In this document: in pieces, positions 1 through 9,349 of the stretch
Layout of the letters: each line of letters starts with the position of its first letter
How positions within the stretch are numbered: position 1 is the stretch's first letter
NCBI GenBank assembly: GCA_963813025.1
Contig: CAWEXO010000008.1
Location: forward strand, 32,001 to 96,000
Reading direction: 5' to 3'
Origin: an uncultured Verrucomicrobiae bacterium
Lineage (GTDB): Bacteria > Verrucomicrobiota > Verrucomicrobiia > Chthoniobacterales > JAFAMB01
Length of the DNA stretch: 64,000 nt
Notes under the pieces: model-generated
The model's input: the letters and a program-made list of their open reading frames with translations, nothing else
Database searches by the model: none
Told to the model about the DNA's origin: nothing
Program-made: the position numbers and the translations under genes

Positions 1-1269
1 AATCTCTTCCGAACCCTGTTTTACAGAGACTTGACCGATCATCATTTTCGTACCCCATTCCGCGATGATCTCCGAAATTTGCGGCCATTCGGCAAAGCGA
101 GGTCGAAACTCCGGCACTCCTTGCTGCCATGACTCGACCATCGGCTCGATAAACGCAAACCGCTGCTTAAGTTCCGGATCCTGGTAGACAGACTGTCGCC
201 CGCTTACTCCGCCGTTCTCGACGTAGGTCCTGGCATTTTCCTTTGAGGTTGCCCATTGGATAAAAAGCCAGGCCGCCGCTTTATGTTTGTCATCGGCCTG
301 GCTCGTGCAAGCGAGCGAAAAACCGCCCAGAGCCGGTTTCCGACCCGCCGGGCCTTTGGGTTCCGGAGCGACGCCGAGATCGTTGACAATCTTCGAAGAT
401 TTCGGGTCGACCAAAGTTGGGTAGAACGCTGACCACTGAGTAATCATTGCGACGTTGCCTTGGGCCAATGCGTTGACCGTTTCGCTGTGATCATAATCGA
501 CGATTCCGGGGGGCATGAACTTTATCAAGTCCTGACGGAACTGCAGGCCTGCCTGCGACCTCGGATCGAGCAGATTGGACTTGAATTGGGCGTTCAGCAA
601 CGAGCCGCCCCATGGCCAGATAAAGCGCATGAAGCTGTCGCATGATTGTGTTTCTCCCCGGCGAGATTGGAGGGCGAAGGCAAATTTTCCACCCTGCGTC
701 AATTTCGGGGCGTAGGTATTCTTCAATTCGTCCCAGGTTTCAGGCGGTCTATCAAAACCGGCCTGTTTCAGCATCGCCCTGTTATAGAAGAGGAGCCCGG
801 AGTAGTTATCGAAGGGCAGCCCGTAAACTTTGCCTTTCCACGTCCCGAAGGCGGTCAGCAGCAGCGGAAAGAAGTCGTTCATGTCGAGGGTCGGATCAAA
901 GATGTCCGGAAACTTCTTTTTGAGATCATCTATCGGAACGATCCAGCCGGACTCGGCAAACTCGCCGATCCAGACCAGGTCGACCAAGGCGATCGAGAGG
1001 TCCCCTTGGGCCGAGAAATCCAGGACCTGCTTCTCACGGGTATTCTCGTAGGGAACAACTTCAAAGTTCACTTTGATCCCGGTCCTTTTTTCAAAGTCCG
1101 GAAGCATCTTTTCGATGGCTCGATAGCCGGGTCGGTCGAGAAAAATAACCGATACTTGGGTGCCTTTGTAAGGCTTAGCAGCTTCTTCGAGCGACCATGC
1201 ACCGGAGACGCCGGCGGTTAGTCCGAGAAGAGCTGCGCTGAGTCCCAACGTGCGAGGGAACAGTTTCAT
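1..1269 (-). CDS. Sugar ABC transporter substrate-binding protein (SBP family 1), 3' end runs off window
   Basis: Manual translation from ATG at 1269: MKLFPRTLGLSAALLGLTAGVSGAWSLEEAAKPYKGTQV...PDFEKRTGIKVNFEVVPYE...AWLFIQWATSKE...PRFAEWPQISEII. Signal peptide plus CUT1 SBP motifs; absent from the ORF track because no stop lies in the window. Confidence 0.9.
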   Translation of the reverse strand, partial: MKLFPRTLGLSAALLGLTAGVSGAWSLEEAAKPYKGTQVSVIFLDRPGYRAIEKMLPDFEKRTGIKVNFEVVPYENTREKQVLDFSAQGDLSIALVDLVWIGEFAESGWIVPIDDLKKKFPDIFDPTLDMNDFFPLLLTAFGTWKGKVYGLPFDNYSGLLFYNRAMLKQAGFDRPPETWDELKNTYAPKLTQGGKFAFALQSRRGETQSCDSFMRFIWPWGGSLLNAQFKSNLLDPRSQAGLQFRQDLIKFMPPGIVDYDHSETVNALAQGNVAMITQWSAFYPTLVDPKSSKIVNDLGVAPEPKGPAGRKPALGGFSLACTSQADDKHKAAAWLFIQWATSKENARTYVENGGVSGRQSVYQDPELKQRFAFIEPMVESWQQGVPEFRPRFAEWPQISEIIAEWGTKMMIGQVSVKQGSEEI

Positions 1270-1382
1270 AGGATAACATTAAGGATAGTAAGCAAGTGTT
1301 CAGTGTCTGGTCGATTAATAGCGACCAGGGTTTGCGAGTTGGTTTGACGCCCGGAAGCCGATCAGGCTCCCTTGGGCCGAGG

Positions 1383-2475
1383 TCAGCGAGCGATCTGTGA
1401 TTCGGTAAGCTCAGGGCTTCGGGCACCTCCTTTCTCAGCGGGACCGGTCGATCCGCGAACGACCAGAATTGGGTTAATGAGAATCGAGGTCGGCAAACTT
1501 TCGGGCACACGGTCGTTGCCGGCGATCAGGGTCAATAACAGTTCGATGGCGCGGGCCACCATTTCGCGGGCGCGCTGGGCCACGGTCGTGAGAGGCGGGA
1601 TAAGGTATTGGCTCATTTGGATGTCGTCGAACCCCATCAACGACACGTCTCGAGGAATACGGAGGCCGAGTTCGAGCAGCTTGCTCCAGGCGCCGGCCGC
1701 AACGATATCGTTGGTCGCAAAAATGGCCGTTGGCCGCGGCTCGCGAGCGATCAGTTCAGCGACTCGGGAGCCAAAAGCGATCTCTTGCAGTCCATAAAGA
1801 ATGTTTTCCGGCCGCACCTCGATCTGCCGGCTCTGCAATTCCGCCAGAAATCCGGCCATCCGCTCGCCGACATTGCGGATCTCGGCTTCGCCACAAAGAA
1901 TCCCGAATTGAGTGTGGCCGAGATCGGCCAGGTGCCGGGCAGCGAGCTGGCCGCCATAGTAATTTTCGCTGGCCAGGGAAAATTCCCCCGGGACCGGGCG
2001 ATCGAGGAAGACCACAGGGATATGGCTGTCCCGCGCCGACTTGATCACCTTACTTCGTTCGCTGCCATAGATCACCAGGATGCCGTCCACCTGCCGACTG
2101 CGCAGGTTCGTGAATTGGACATACTCGCGTTCGACATCGCGTTCAGAGATGCAAAGCAGGGTTTGATATTGTTTCTGCCAGAGAGCGTCCTCGACCATAG
2201 CAGCGAGTTCGGCAAAAAAGGGGGTAGAAAGATTTGGAATGATCAGGCCGATCGAGTGGGTTCGCTGCAGCCGGAGGCTGCGTGCGCTCATGTTCACCCG
2301 ATAGTTCAGGGACGAGATCGCGCGCGCAACGTTGCGGGCGGTTTCGGCGGCGAGGGGAGCGGTCTGGTTGAGATAATGGGAGACAGTGCTCGGAGAAACG
2401 CCAGCGACTTTCGCGACGTTCCGGATCGTTACTTTTCTGGAATGCTCTGGGGAAATAGCGGACGTACGGAGGCAT
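1383..2475 (-). CDS. LacI-family transcriptional regulator (start uncertain)
   Basis: KVTIRNVAKVAGVSPSTVSHYLN HTH and IPRDVSLMGFDD...PPLTTV sugar-binding domain. The ORF-track start at 2600 overlaps the MFS gene and the operator, so the real start is probably near 2430-2475. Confidence 0.9.
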
Positions 2476-2486
2476 CGTAGCCATCG

Positions 2487-2502
2487 CTTGAAACGTTTCA
2501 AG
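2487..2502. promoter_or_regulatory. LacI-type operator palindrome CTTGAAACGTTTCAAG
   Basis: Perfect 16-bp palindrome with central CG between the divergent lacI and MFS genes. Confidence 0.75.
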
Positions 2503-2587
2503 TGTGTTTTTGAAGTGCGCCGATACCGACGAAATGGGCCGATTTCTACAGTTTCCTTTTTACAAGATCGAGCGATAAAGTTTCTCA

Positions 2588-4624
2588 ATGGCGACGGCAT
2601 TGTCGGGTTTCCCTCCGGCGATTACTCGTGCTGGGCTTCTGGAACGCTTGAGCGTTCCCCGGGAACTCGCTTGGGGTTATCTCGGACTTCTCCTGTTCAT
2701 GGTCGGCGACGGCATTGAAGCCGGGTACCTTGCCCCGTTCCTCTCCGCCAACGGACTTTCTCCCGAGAAGATCGCGTTCATGTTTACGCTGTACGGGATG
2801 ACGGCGGTTTTCGGGGCCCGCATGTCCGGAGCGCTGGCCGACTTCCTCGGGGCTCGTATTGTCATGTGGATTGGGCTTTTCATTTGGGCGGGATTGGAAA
2901 TTGTTTTTCTCGTCTTTGGATTAACTCTGGCTAACCGCGAAGTACTTATTGCCAGTTATGCGCTGCGGGGTTTCGGTTACCCGCTTTTCGCTTATGGCTT
3001 TCTCGTCTGCGTCGCGGCGGTTACTCCGCCTCGCCGGCTAGGCGCCGCGGTCGGCTGGTTCTGGTTCGCTTTTACCGGAGGTTTGCCCACCCTCGGTTCC
3101 TTGTCCGCCAGTTTCGCGGTCCCGTTGCTCGGGCAGTATGCCACTTTCTGGTGCTCCCTCGGCTTTGTTCTCTTGGGAGGGCTCATCATGCTCTACGGGA
3201 TTCCTCCATCGATCGGGGCACGCAAAGCGCGGACCAATCCTCAGCAGCACCGGAAAGCTCTTTTTGCCGGAATCACGATCGCCTGGGAAAAGCCGAAGAT
3301 CCTTATTGGTTGTATCGTTCGAATGATCAACACGGCTCCCCAATTTGGCTTCTTGATCTTTCTGCCGGCCTTTTTCATCGAGGTTGCGGGGTTCAGTCTC
3401 AGCCAATGGCTGCGGCTGTTGAGCTTCATGTTTTTTAGCAACATCATTTGTAACCTGATCCTCGGAATGGTGGGCGATCGGCTCGGTTGGCGGCAGACGG
3501 TCGCCTACGTCGGGGGAGTGGGATGCGCTGTTACTACTCTTCTCCTCTACTATGTGCCGCTTACCTTTCACGGTAACTATCTGCTCGCGGTCACCGCGGC
3601 CGTTCTCTACGGTGCCACCTTAGCTGGCTACGTGCCGCTTTCAGCCATCATGCCGTGCCTGGCGCCGGAAAATCAGGGAGCGGCCATATCGATGCTGAAT
3701 CTGGGCGCGGGCGCCAGCGCGTGGCTGGGACCGGCGATTGTCGGGCTTTTTCTCCGGCCCTATGGGGTCAAAGGTGTGATGTGGATCTTTGCCGCGCTCT
3801 ACGCAGTGAGCGCGGTCCTCACCTTGTTTCTCAAAGTACCCGGTGAAGGGAGCGAACATGGGCCCATTGGCGGGCTGAGTTTTGCTGCAGCGGGTTGTCT
3901 GCTGGGTCATCCTCCGCTGATGTCCGAGATCCCCGACGAACACGGTCTCGAGCTGATTCTCTTCGATCTGGGCGGAACAATCTATGACGACGAGACCTTT
4001 ACTCGAGCGCTTCTGCGGGCCGCGCACGAATTGAATCCGGCGATGGAGGAGAAGGATTTCTGGCAAGTGTACGACGAGCAGCGGGGTCGTTCATCCGGTT
4101 CGCTGCGTACGGCTATTGCGGAGCGATTGGTCCCGGATGCCGGTCGCGCCGCGCTGACGGCGCTCGCGAAAAAGTACTGGGAATACCCGCCCTCCGCCCT
4201 CTATCCCGATGTCAAACCCGCTCTGGTAAGCCTAGCTCCGCGATTCAAATTGGGCTTGGTGGCGAATGCCGGCGCGACTGCGGAGAAGGCGCTGCGCCGG
4301 GACGGCATTTATCATCTATTCAGTGTGGTCATGCTTTCTGAGGCCCTCGGAATCGAGAAACCAAATGAAGAGATTTTTCGGCGTGCGCTTGAGCGAGCCG
4401 GCGTCCCGGCCGAGCGAGCGGTTCATGTAGGCAACCGATTAGATAACGACATTCGACCGGCGCGCCGGGCCGGTTTAAAAACAATCTGGATGCTTCGTGG
4501 CGACGCTCCGCCCGCGCCTACCCTGGAACAGCTTGCTGAACCGGATGCGGTAATTATTTCCTTGAATGGGTTAGGAATTGCGTTGGGACGTGTGAGCGAA
4601 AAGACTGCTCGAGAGGACGGTTAA
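2588..4624 (+). CDS. Polyol MFS transporter (RbtT/DalT/CsbX-like) fused to a C-terminal HAD-family hydrolase
   Basis: N-terminal ~420 aa hydrophobic with GYLGLLLFMVGDGIE and YALRGFGYPLFAYGFLV motifs. C-terminal part has FDLGGT, EKP and HVGNRLDNDI HAD motifs. Confidence 0.85.
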   Translation: MATALSGFPPAITRAGLLERLSVPRELAWGYLGLLLFMVGDGIEAGYLAPFLSANGLSPEKIAFMFTLYGMTAVFGARMSGALADFLGARIVMWIGLFIWAGLEIVFLVFGLTLANREVLIASYALRGFGYPLFAYGFLVCVAAVTPPRRLGAAVGWFWFAFTGGLPTLGSLSASFAVPLLGQYATFWCSLGFVLLGGLIMLYGIPPSIGARKARTNPQQHRKALFAGITIAWEKPKILIGCIVRMINTAPQFGFLIFLPAFFIEVAGFSLSQWLRLLSFMFFSNIICNLILGMVGDRLGWRQTVAYVGGVGCAVTTLLLYYVPLTFHGNYLLAVTAAVLYGATLAGYVPLSAIMPCLAPENQGAAISMLNLGAGASAWLGPAIVGLFLRPYGVKGVMWIFAALYAVSAVLTLFLKVPGEGSEHGPIGGLSFAAAGCLLGHPPLMSEIPDEHGLELILFDLGGTIYDDETFTRALLRAAHELNPAMEEKDFWQVYDEQRGRSSGSLRTAIAERLVPDAGRAALTALAKKYWEYPPSALYPDVKPALVSLAPRFKLGLVANAGATAEKALRRDGIYHLFSVVMLSEALGIEKPNEEIFRRALERAGVPAERAVHVGNRLDNDIRPARRAGLKTIWMLRGDAPPAPTLEQLAEPDAVIISLNGLGIALGRVSEKTAREDG

Positions 4625-4999
4625 TCTTGGAGATGATTATTATGCCTGAATACCGCATCGAGGTCTGTGACGAGATACTCGCCGGGCACACCATCACGTT
4701 ATGCCGATGCGTCGAGTTATTTGCAGATAGTAACGCTTGCCTCGCAACACCCCAGGTCGGTAGGGGCAGGCTCAGGCAGGCTCAGGCAAGCTCCTGCTTG
4801 ACCTCCTTAGCGTTGGATTACGCTTCGATCTGGACGAGCAGGCCAAGACTACGGTGCGCCCTCCGGTCAAGCATTTGTGTATTCCATTTCCAAGCCAGGA
4901 CGGAGGCTTGCTATAGTCGGGAGCTCATCCCTCACTACGAAAGCGGCTCGAATGAAATTCTCGCCCTTGTACCTTGCCCCACCAATTTTTTTTTCCCTT

Positions 5000-5215
5000 T
5001 TAAAGCCGCCCGCAAGGGCGGAACTCTGGAAGTGAAGAACTTGGCCGAGGAGGGTGGAAAACTGCCTCGCCCAAAGGTCGGTAGAACCTGTCCGGTAGAT
5101 TAGTCCACCCTTCCTCGTGCCGCACCTGCATAAGACCGTACCGTATCTTAGGCCCTTCCAAACAGGGTTGGAACATAAGCCCGTGTTCACAAGGCTCTGT
5201 CAGCAGGCGCGCGCC
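5000..5215 (+). ncRNA. Putative IS110 bridge RNA, copy 1
   Basis: 5' GCAA hairpin 5006-5021. Stem 5046-5058/5104-5117 encloses CCTCGCCC (5065-5072) and GTCCGGTAG (5090-5098), which match the target. A second stem-loop holds ACCGTATCT (5140-5148) and ACAAG (5189-5193), which match the donor junction. Confidence 0.85.
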
Positions 5216-5263
5216 CAAGCGCTTCATCAAACAAAGAACCAATTCAACGCGAATTCCTGTCTG

Positions 5264-6193
5264 ATGAAAAAACGCTACTGCATGGGTATTGATATGGCAA
5301 AAGCAAGCTTTGACTTTTGCCTGCTCTCCAAGAATGGCACTCGCCTGTGGCGGGGAAAGTTCAGCAATGATGCGACCGGCATTGGAGCATTTTTAGCCCA
5401 ACTCCAGGCCCGCTCTTGGCCGCTCTCCCAGATCCACTTCGCCCTGGAAGCCACCGGGGTCTACGGGAAGAGATTGATCGCCGCTCTGCACCAAGCAGGC
5501 TTGGCGGTCAGCGTGCTCAATCCCGCCCAAGTCAAATACTTTGCTTTCTCGGTCCTGCGCCGCACCAAAAATGATCGGGTTGATGCGGCCATCATTGCCC
5601 AGTTTTGTCTGGAGCGAAAACCACTGGCCACTCGGCCGCTGCGCCCCCTTGAGGAAGAATTCAAACTGCTGCCCGAGCTTATCAGCCAACAGCGTGGCCA
5701 ACGACTCGCCCAGCTCAAGAAAGAAATCGCTCAGCTGGAGTCGGCCATCTTCGGCTTAGTCGCGGCTGATCAGGCTTTAAGCCGCCAAAGCCAACTGCTG
5801 TGCTCTATTCCCGGCATTGCCCAGCTCACAGCCGCCAAGCTGCTGGCCGAGCTGGCCGGTAAAGAGTTCCAATCGGCTCGGCAGTTGGCGGCCTATGCTG
5901 GGCTGACTCCTTCTGAATTCCGTTCCGGTGTCTCGCTCTACGGCAAAACCACCCTGTGCAAAATCGGCAACGCTTTCCTGCGCAAAGCACTCTATTTGCC
6001 GGCCGCCGTTGCTCGCCGCTGGTGCAAACCCATCCAGCAATGGGCCGCAGGTCTCGAGTCGCGCAAGCTCCACTCCCTGGCTATCCGCGGTGCCGTCATG
6101 CGAAAACTCCTGCACATCGCCTTCGGTGTTCTCTCTCACCAACAACCCTACAACCCTAACCTGGCCCGCCATTCCTTAAACCAATGCCCTTGA
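5264..6193 (+). CDS. IS110 transposase/recombinase lacking 27 aa in-frame
   Basis: MGIDMAK, ALEATG and KNDRVDA (DEDD), IPGIA, LAAYAGL-P-FRSG motifs. Confidence 0.9.
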   Translation: MKKRYCMGIDMAKASFDFCLLSKNGTRLWRGKFSNDATGIGAFLAQLQARSWPLSQIHFALEATGVYGKRLIAALHQAGLAVSVLNPAQVKYFAFSVLRRTKNDRVDAAIIAQFCLERKPLATRPLRPLEEEFKLLPELISQQRGQRLAQLKKEIAQLESAIFGLVAADQALSRQSQLLCSIPGIAQLTAAKLLAELAGKEFQSARQLAAYAGLTPSEFRSGVSLYGKTTLCKIGNAFLRKALYLPAAVARRWCKPIQQWAAGLESRKLHSLAIRGAVMRKLLHIAFGVLSHQQPYNPNLARHSLNQCP

Positions 6194-6303
6194 CATCCAA
6201 GACCGTATCTACCGGACCTCGTCCAAGTTCCAATCCACCGGACCTCATCCGAGTTCCAATCTTGTCCGGCCCTTGAACCGCCTGCGATGCAGCTTGTAGG
6301 GCT

Positions 6304-7144
6304 TCAGGACCTGCAGGATGCCGATGTCACTTGAAGTTCTCTTCGCACCATGAAATCGGCCAATGCCTCAGCATCGCGCCCGACACCGGAGAAACGTCCT
6401 GAACCCCAGGTATATTGCCAGGGCAATCCCAGGAAGAATCAGCCCGGGACCGGCGTTATGCCGCGATCGTGACCCGGGTAACCTTTCCATTGAAGACCGG
6501 TATCTCGATCCAGCCGTAATCGAGCTGAAACCCCAGGCACCAGATGACCGTGCGGATGTTCGCCGCGCGGTAGTCCAATTCCGCGATTTCTTTTTCCGGT
6601 CTCCAGACCGGGATGTACCGCGGTTCCACGGGAGCCTCGATCTGGTGTTTGGCAATGTAGTCGTCAATCGCATTCTTGATGTTCTCCGCCACGGCATCCG
6701 CTTGGTCGAGATTCGTTAGCAGGTCGTCGGCGAACCTCAGGAATTTACCTGAATCTCGCGCAGCTTTCCGTAGAGACGCATTCCTGGTTGTTAAGCTGAA
6801 CCGACCGAACTCAAACTGCTTTAATCCAGTGACATTCACGCCTTCTTTTACCGGGGCACTAAACCAGTCGGCATAGGACTCGATATATTGCACAATCTCT
6901 TTTTTTATCATGAAGCCATCCGGATCATTGGCCTGATAGGAAAACCCGGGCAGCTGACACTGCCACTTCGGGGTAACCAGACAAAACGAGTCCCAGCGTT
7001 TGGTCCGCCTTGCTTCGGCAATCCGCCGCCGTTCCAGGACGAGCTGACGAACTTCGCGGTTTTCAGGCAAAAACTCATTGCCAAACCCGCCTGACCACCA
7101 CCGATTACGATGACGGGATAATGACGATCGTCCAAAAAAGCCAT
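6304..7144 (-). pseudogene. MSMEG_0569-like flavin-dependent oxidoreductase remnant
   Basis: VIVIGGGQAGLAMS, RWDSFCLVTPKWQCQLPG and VIWCLGF. Frameshifted, and the N- and C-terminal parts abut near 6775 (apparent internal deletion). Confidence 0.75.
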
Positions 7145-7145
7145 G

Positions 7146-7880
7146 TTAGTTGAAGGACGGGACTAATCGCCCTTCGAAAGTCGATAACGTCGAGCAGGCG
7201 CCGCATTTACCGCAGCCCGCCTTTGCCATGGCTGAAGTCATTCCGGCAGCGGTCAGCCAGCAGCCGACTGTCTGCAGAATGCTGCGCATCCATTCAGCAG
7301 TCGGTGGCCGGCGATCCGCCAGGGGTGTTCCGCTGATTGGCACAACGGAACGATGAACGGGTAAACGCCAAGCTCGATTAATCGTTGAGCCGCATTTAAT
7401 AACTCCTCCGCGCTATCGCCTAACCCGGCCAAGAGGTAAGTGCTGACCTGTCCTCGCCCGAACACTGCGACCGCCGCGGCAAACGCCTCCAGGTAAAACG
7501 CGACCGCTACTTCCGCTTTTCCGGGCATAATCTCGCGCCGGACCGATTCGTTCCACGCCTGCAGGTGCATTCCTGACGAAGCAACGCCCGCCTCGCGCAA
7601 ACGATGAAACCAGTGAAAATCAGCCGGCGGTTCGCATTGCGCCTGAATCGGAAGCTCGGTCCTTGTTTTGATGGCCTCTACTGTTTCGCAAAGGATGGTG
7701 GCACCGCGATCGTCGCTTGGCGGCGTTCCGGTCGTTAAAACAACATTGCGGACGTCGTCCAAACTCTGCGCAGTGCAGTTCTTCGCCTTCGGACATGAGA
7801 GCAAACCGAGCGAGAGGATTGTAGTGCTCCCAACAGGCGAGAGCCCCGAGACGTCCGACTGCGGTATGTCTGATAATCGT
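7146..7880 (-). pseudogene. MSMEG_0568-like radical SAM protein remnant
   Basis: [38 protein letters not shown] and C-terminal AGCGKCGACS. The N-terminal Fe-S motif is missing and there is a frameshift near 7345. Confidence 0.75.
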
Positions 7881-7949
7881 CGAACATCAACGAGGTACCG
7901 GCGGGTCCGTACATGCGTCAAAACACCGCGAGAGCAAGTGTGGTGCCAC

Positions 7950-8042
7950 GACCGATGAGCGATGACCGATGCTCGATGGCCAATGACCGATGACGATACT
8001 CGATGGCCGATTTCTGATGACCAATGACCGATGACGATGACA
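7950..8042 (+). repeat. Degenerate heptamer tandem array (GATGACC)n
   Basis: accgatg agcgatg accgatg ctcgatg gccaatg accgatg... Confidence 0.9.
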
Positions 8043-8134
8043 CTCCTCGGTGCCGGCATCACCGCGCTAATGGAGAATCGCTAGGAAAATCTGTGAAAAT
8101 CAGTGAAATCTGTGGTTCCACACTGCCTTTCACC

Positions 8135-9178
8135 ATGTCTCCCAGCAAGCCGGAACTCAACCTTGGCCCGATTGATGTGCATGTTCATCTTTCTTTGAAC
8201 GGACGAGGCAGCATGCGCGGCTGGTCCCGCCGGCGCTGGCTGATGCGGCCGTTTTTCGCCGCGACGGCGCGCGATATCGGTCTTCGGGGTGGATTTGGAA
8301 GCCAGGATTTCGATCGGCAATACCTCGACCTTTTGGTGAGCTGGCTCGACCAATCGTCGCTTACCGCGGCTGTCCTTCTTGCTTACGATTGGGTGCGAGA
8401 TTCCGCCGGCAATCTGCGCAAAGATCTTTCCGATCTCTATGTTTCGAACAGCGCGGTGCTAGCCGCCGCCTCGCAACATCCAAAATTCTTGCCCGGCGTT
8501 TCCATTCACCCAGCCCGTCCGGACGCCTTCGAGGAACTGGAGCGCTGCGCGGAACGGGGAGCCGCGCTGCTGAAGTTGCTGCCTTGTGTGCAGAACGTCG
8601 ACTGCAATGAAAAACGTTACAAACGTTTTTGGGTGCGTCTGGCCGATCTGGGTTTGCCGCTGTTGGCCCATACCGGCGGCGAGTTTTGCGTTCGCAGTGT
8701 CCGCAACGATCTCAAATCCCCCTCCTGCTTTCGGCTGCCGCTGGAGTGCGGTGTAACGGTGATTGCCGCCCGCTGCGGGACCCGAGCTCTGCCGTGGGAT
8801 GGAGATCATTTCCACACCTTCCTGGAAATGCGCACTCGGTACCCAAATCTGTACGGTGATCTCTCGCCGCTGTCTCATATCACTCATCTCGCGTCGCTCG
8901 AAAGGCTCCGCGAAGAACCAGAGCGTCTCTTGCATGGAACCGATTACCCGGTGGTTAGCGCGGTCTTTCCATCGTTCTTTAAAGGGTGGATCAGCCGGGA
9001 TGAAATGCGCCGCCTGAACGCGATCCGCAACCCGCTCGAAAAGAAGGTTCAACTGACCCGGGCACAAGGATTCCCGGAGCGTGTCTTTACGGACCTTTGG
9101 GACCTTTTGCCAAACAGGATCGTCAGCTCGTTTCGAGAGCGTCACCAGAAAACTTCGCGTCCTGAAATCGTGCCGTAG
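8135..9178 (+). CDS. Amidohydrolase_2 family metal-dependent hydrolase
   Basis: IDVHVH, SIHP, LAHTGGE and LHGTDYP motifs. Confidence 0.85.
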   Translation: MSPSKPELNLGPIDVHVHLSLNGRGSMRGWSRRRWLMRPFFAATARDIGLRGGFGSQDFDRQYLDLLVSWLDQSSLTAAVLLAYDWVRDSAGNLRKDLSDLYVSNSAVLAAASQHPKFLPGVSIHPARPDAFEELERCAERGAALLKLLPCVQNVDCNEKRYKRFWVRLADLGLPLLAHTGGEFCVRSVRNDLKSPSCFRLPLECGVTVIAARCGTRALPWDGDHFHTFLEMRTRYPNLYGDLSPLSHITHLASLERLREEPERLLHGTDYPVVSAVFPSFFKGWISRDEMRRLNAIRNPLEKKVQLTRAQGFPERVFTDLWDLLPNRIVSSFRERHQKTSRPEIVP

Positions 9179-9349
9179 CGCGGAACTTATCGCCGAAAAT
9201 AGTCCCCACCGGAGACAGGTCGTGATCGGGATTACCCTTTAGGGTAAATTACAAGTGCTCGTTTGACCAATAGAGACACCATTTAGTTGTGCATATAATT
9301 ATAGGAAGGAACGGGGTTCCATTCTTCACCGTAGGAGAAATTTCTCAGT

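Larger units (their letters stand above)
4968..6210 (+). mobile_element. IS110-family (IS621-like) insertion sequence, copy 1, with an 81-bp internal deletion
   Basis: Near-identical to 50857-52179. Flanked by a CT core (4966-4967 and 6209-6210), no terminal inverted repeats, DEDD transposase. Confidence 0.95.

Noticed and set aside
646..1221. Long antisense ORFs (e.g. 646-1221, 1608-2480, 11995-13008, 32633-33412)
   Set aside because: Shadow ORFs opposite well-supported genes in GC-rich DNA.
5117..5263. 49-aa N-terminal extension of the IS110 ORF (also 51005-51151)
   Set aside because: Overlaps the bridge-RNA donor loop; family homology starts at MKKRYCMGID.
8087..8114. Short nonamer repeats (AAATCTGTG; also TTCAAGGAG-like near 26995)
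   Set aside because: Only about three units and no associated gene; too weak to interpret.
9232..9247. Palindrome TTACCCT-TT-AGGGTAA, and GTCTGT-T-ACAGAC at 54234
   Set aside because: Plausible operators, but single instances with no assignable regulator.
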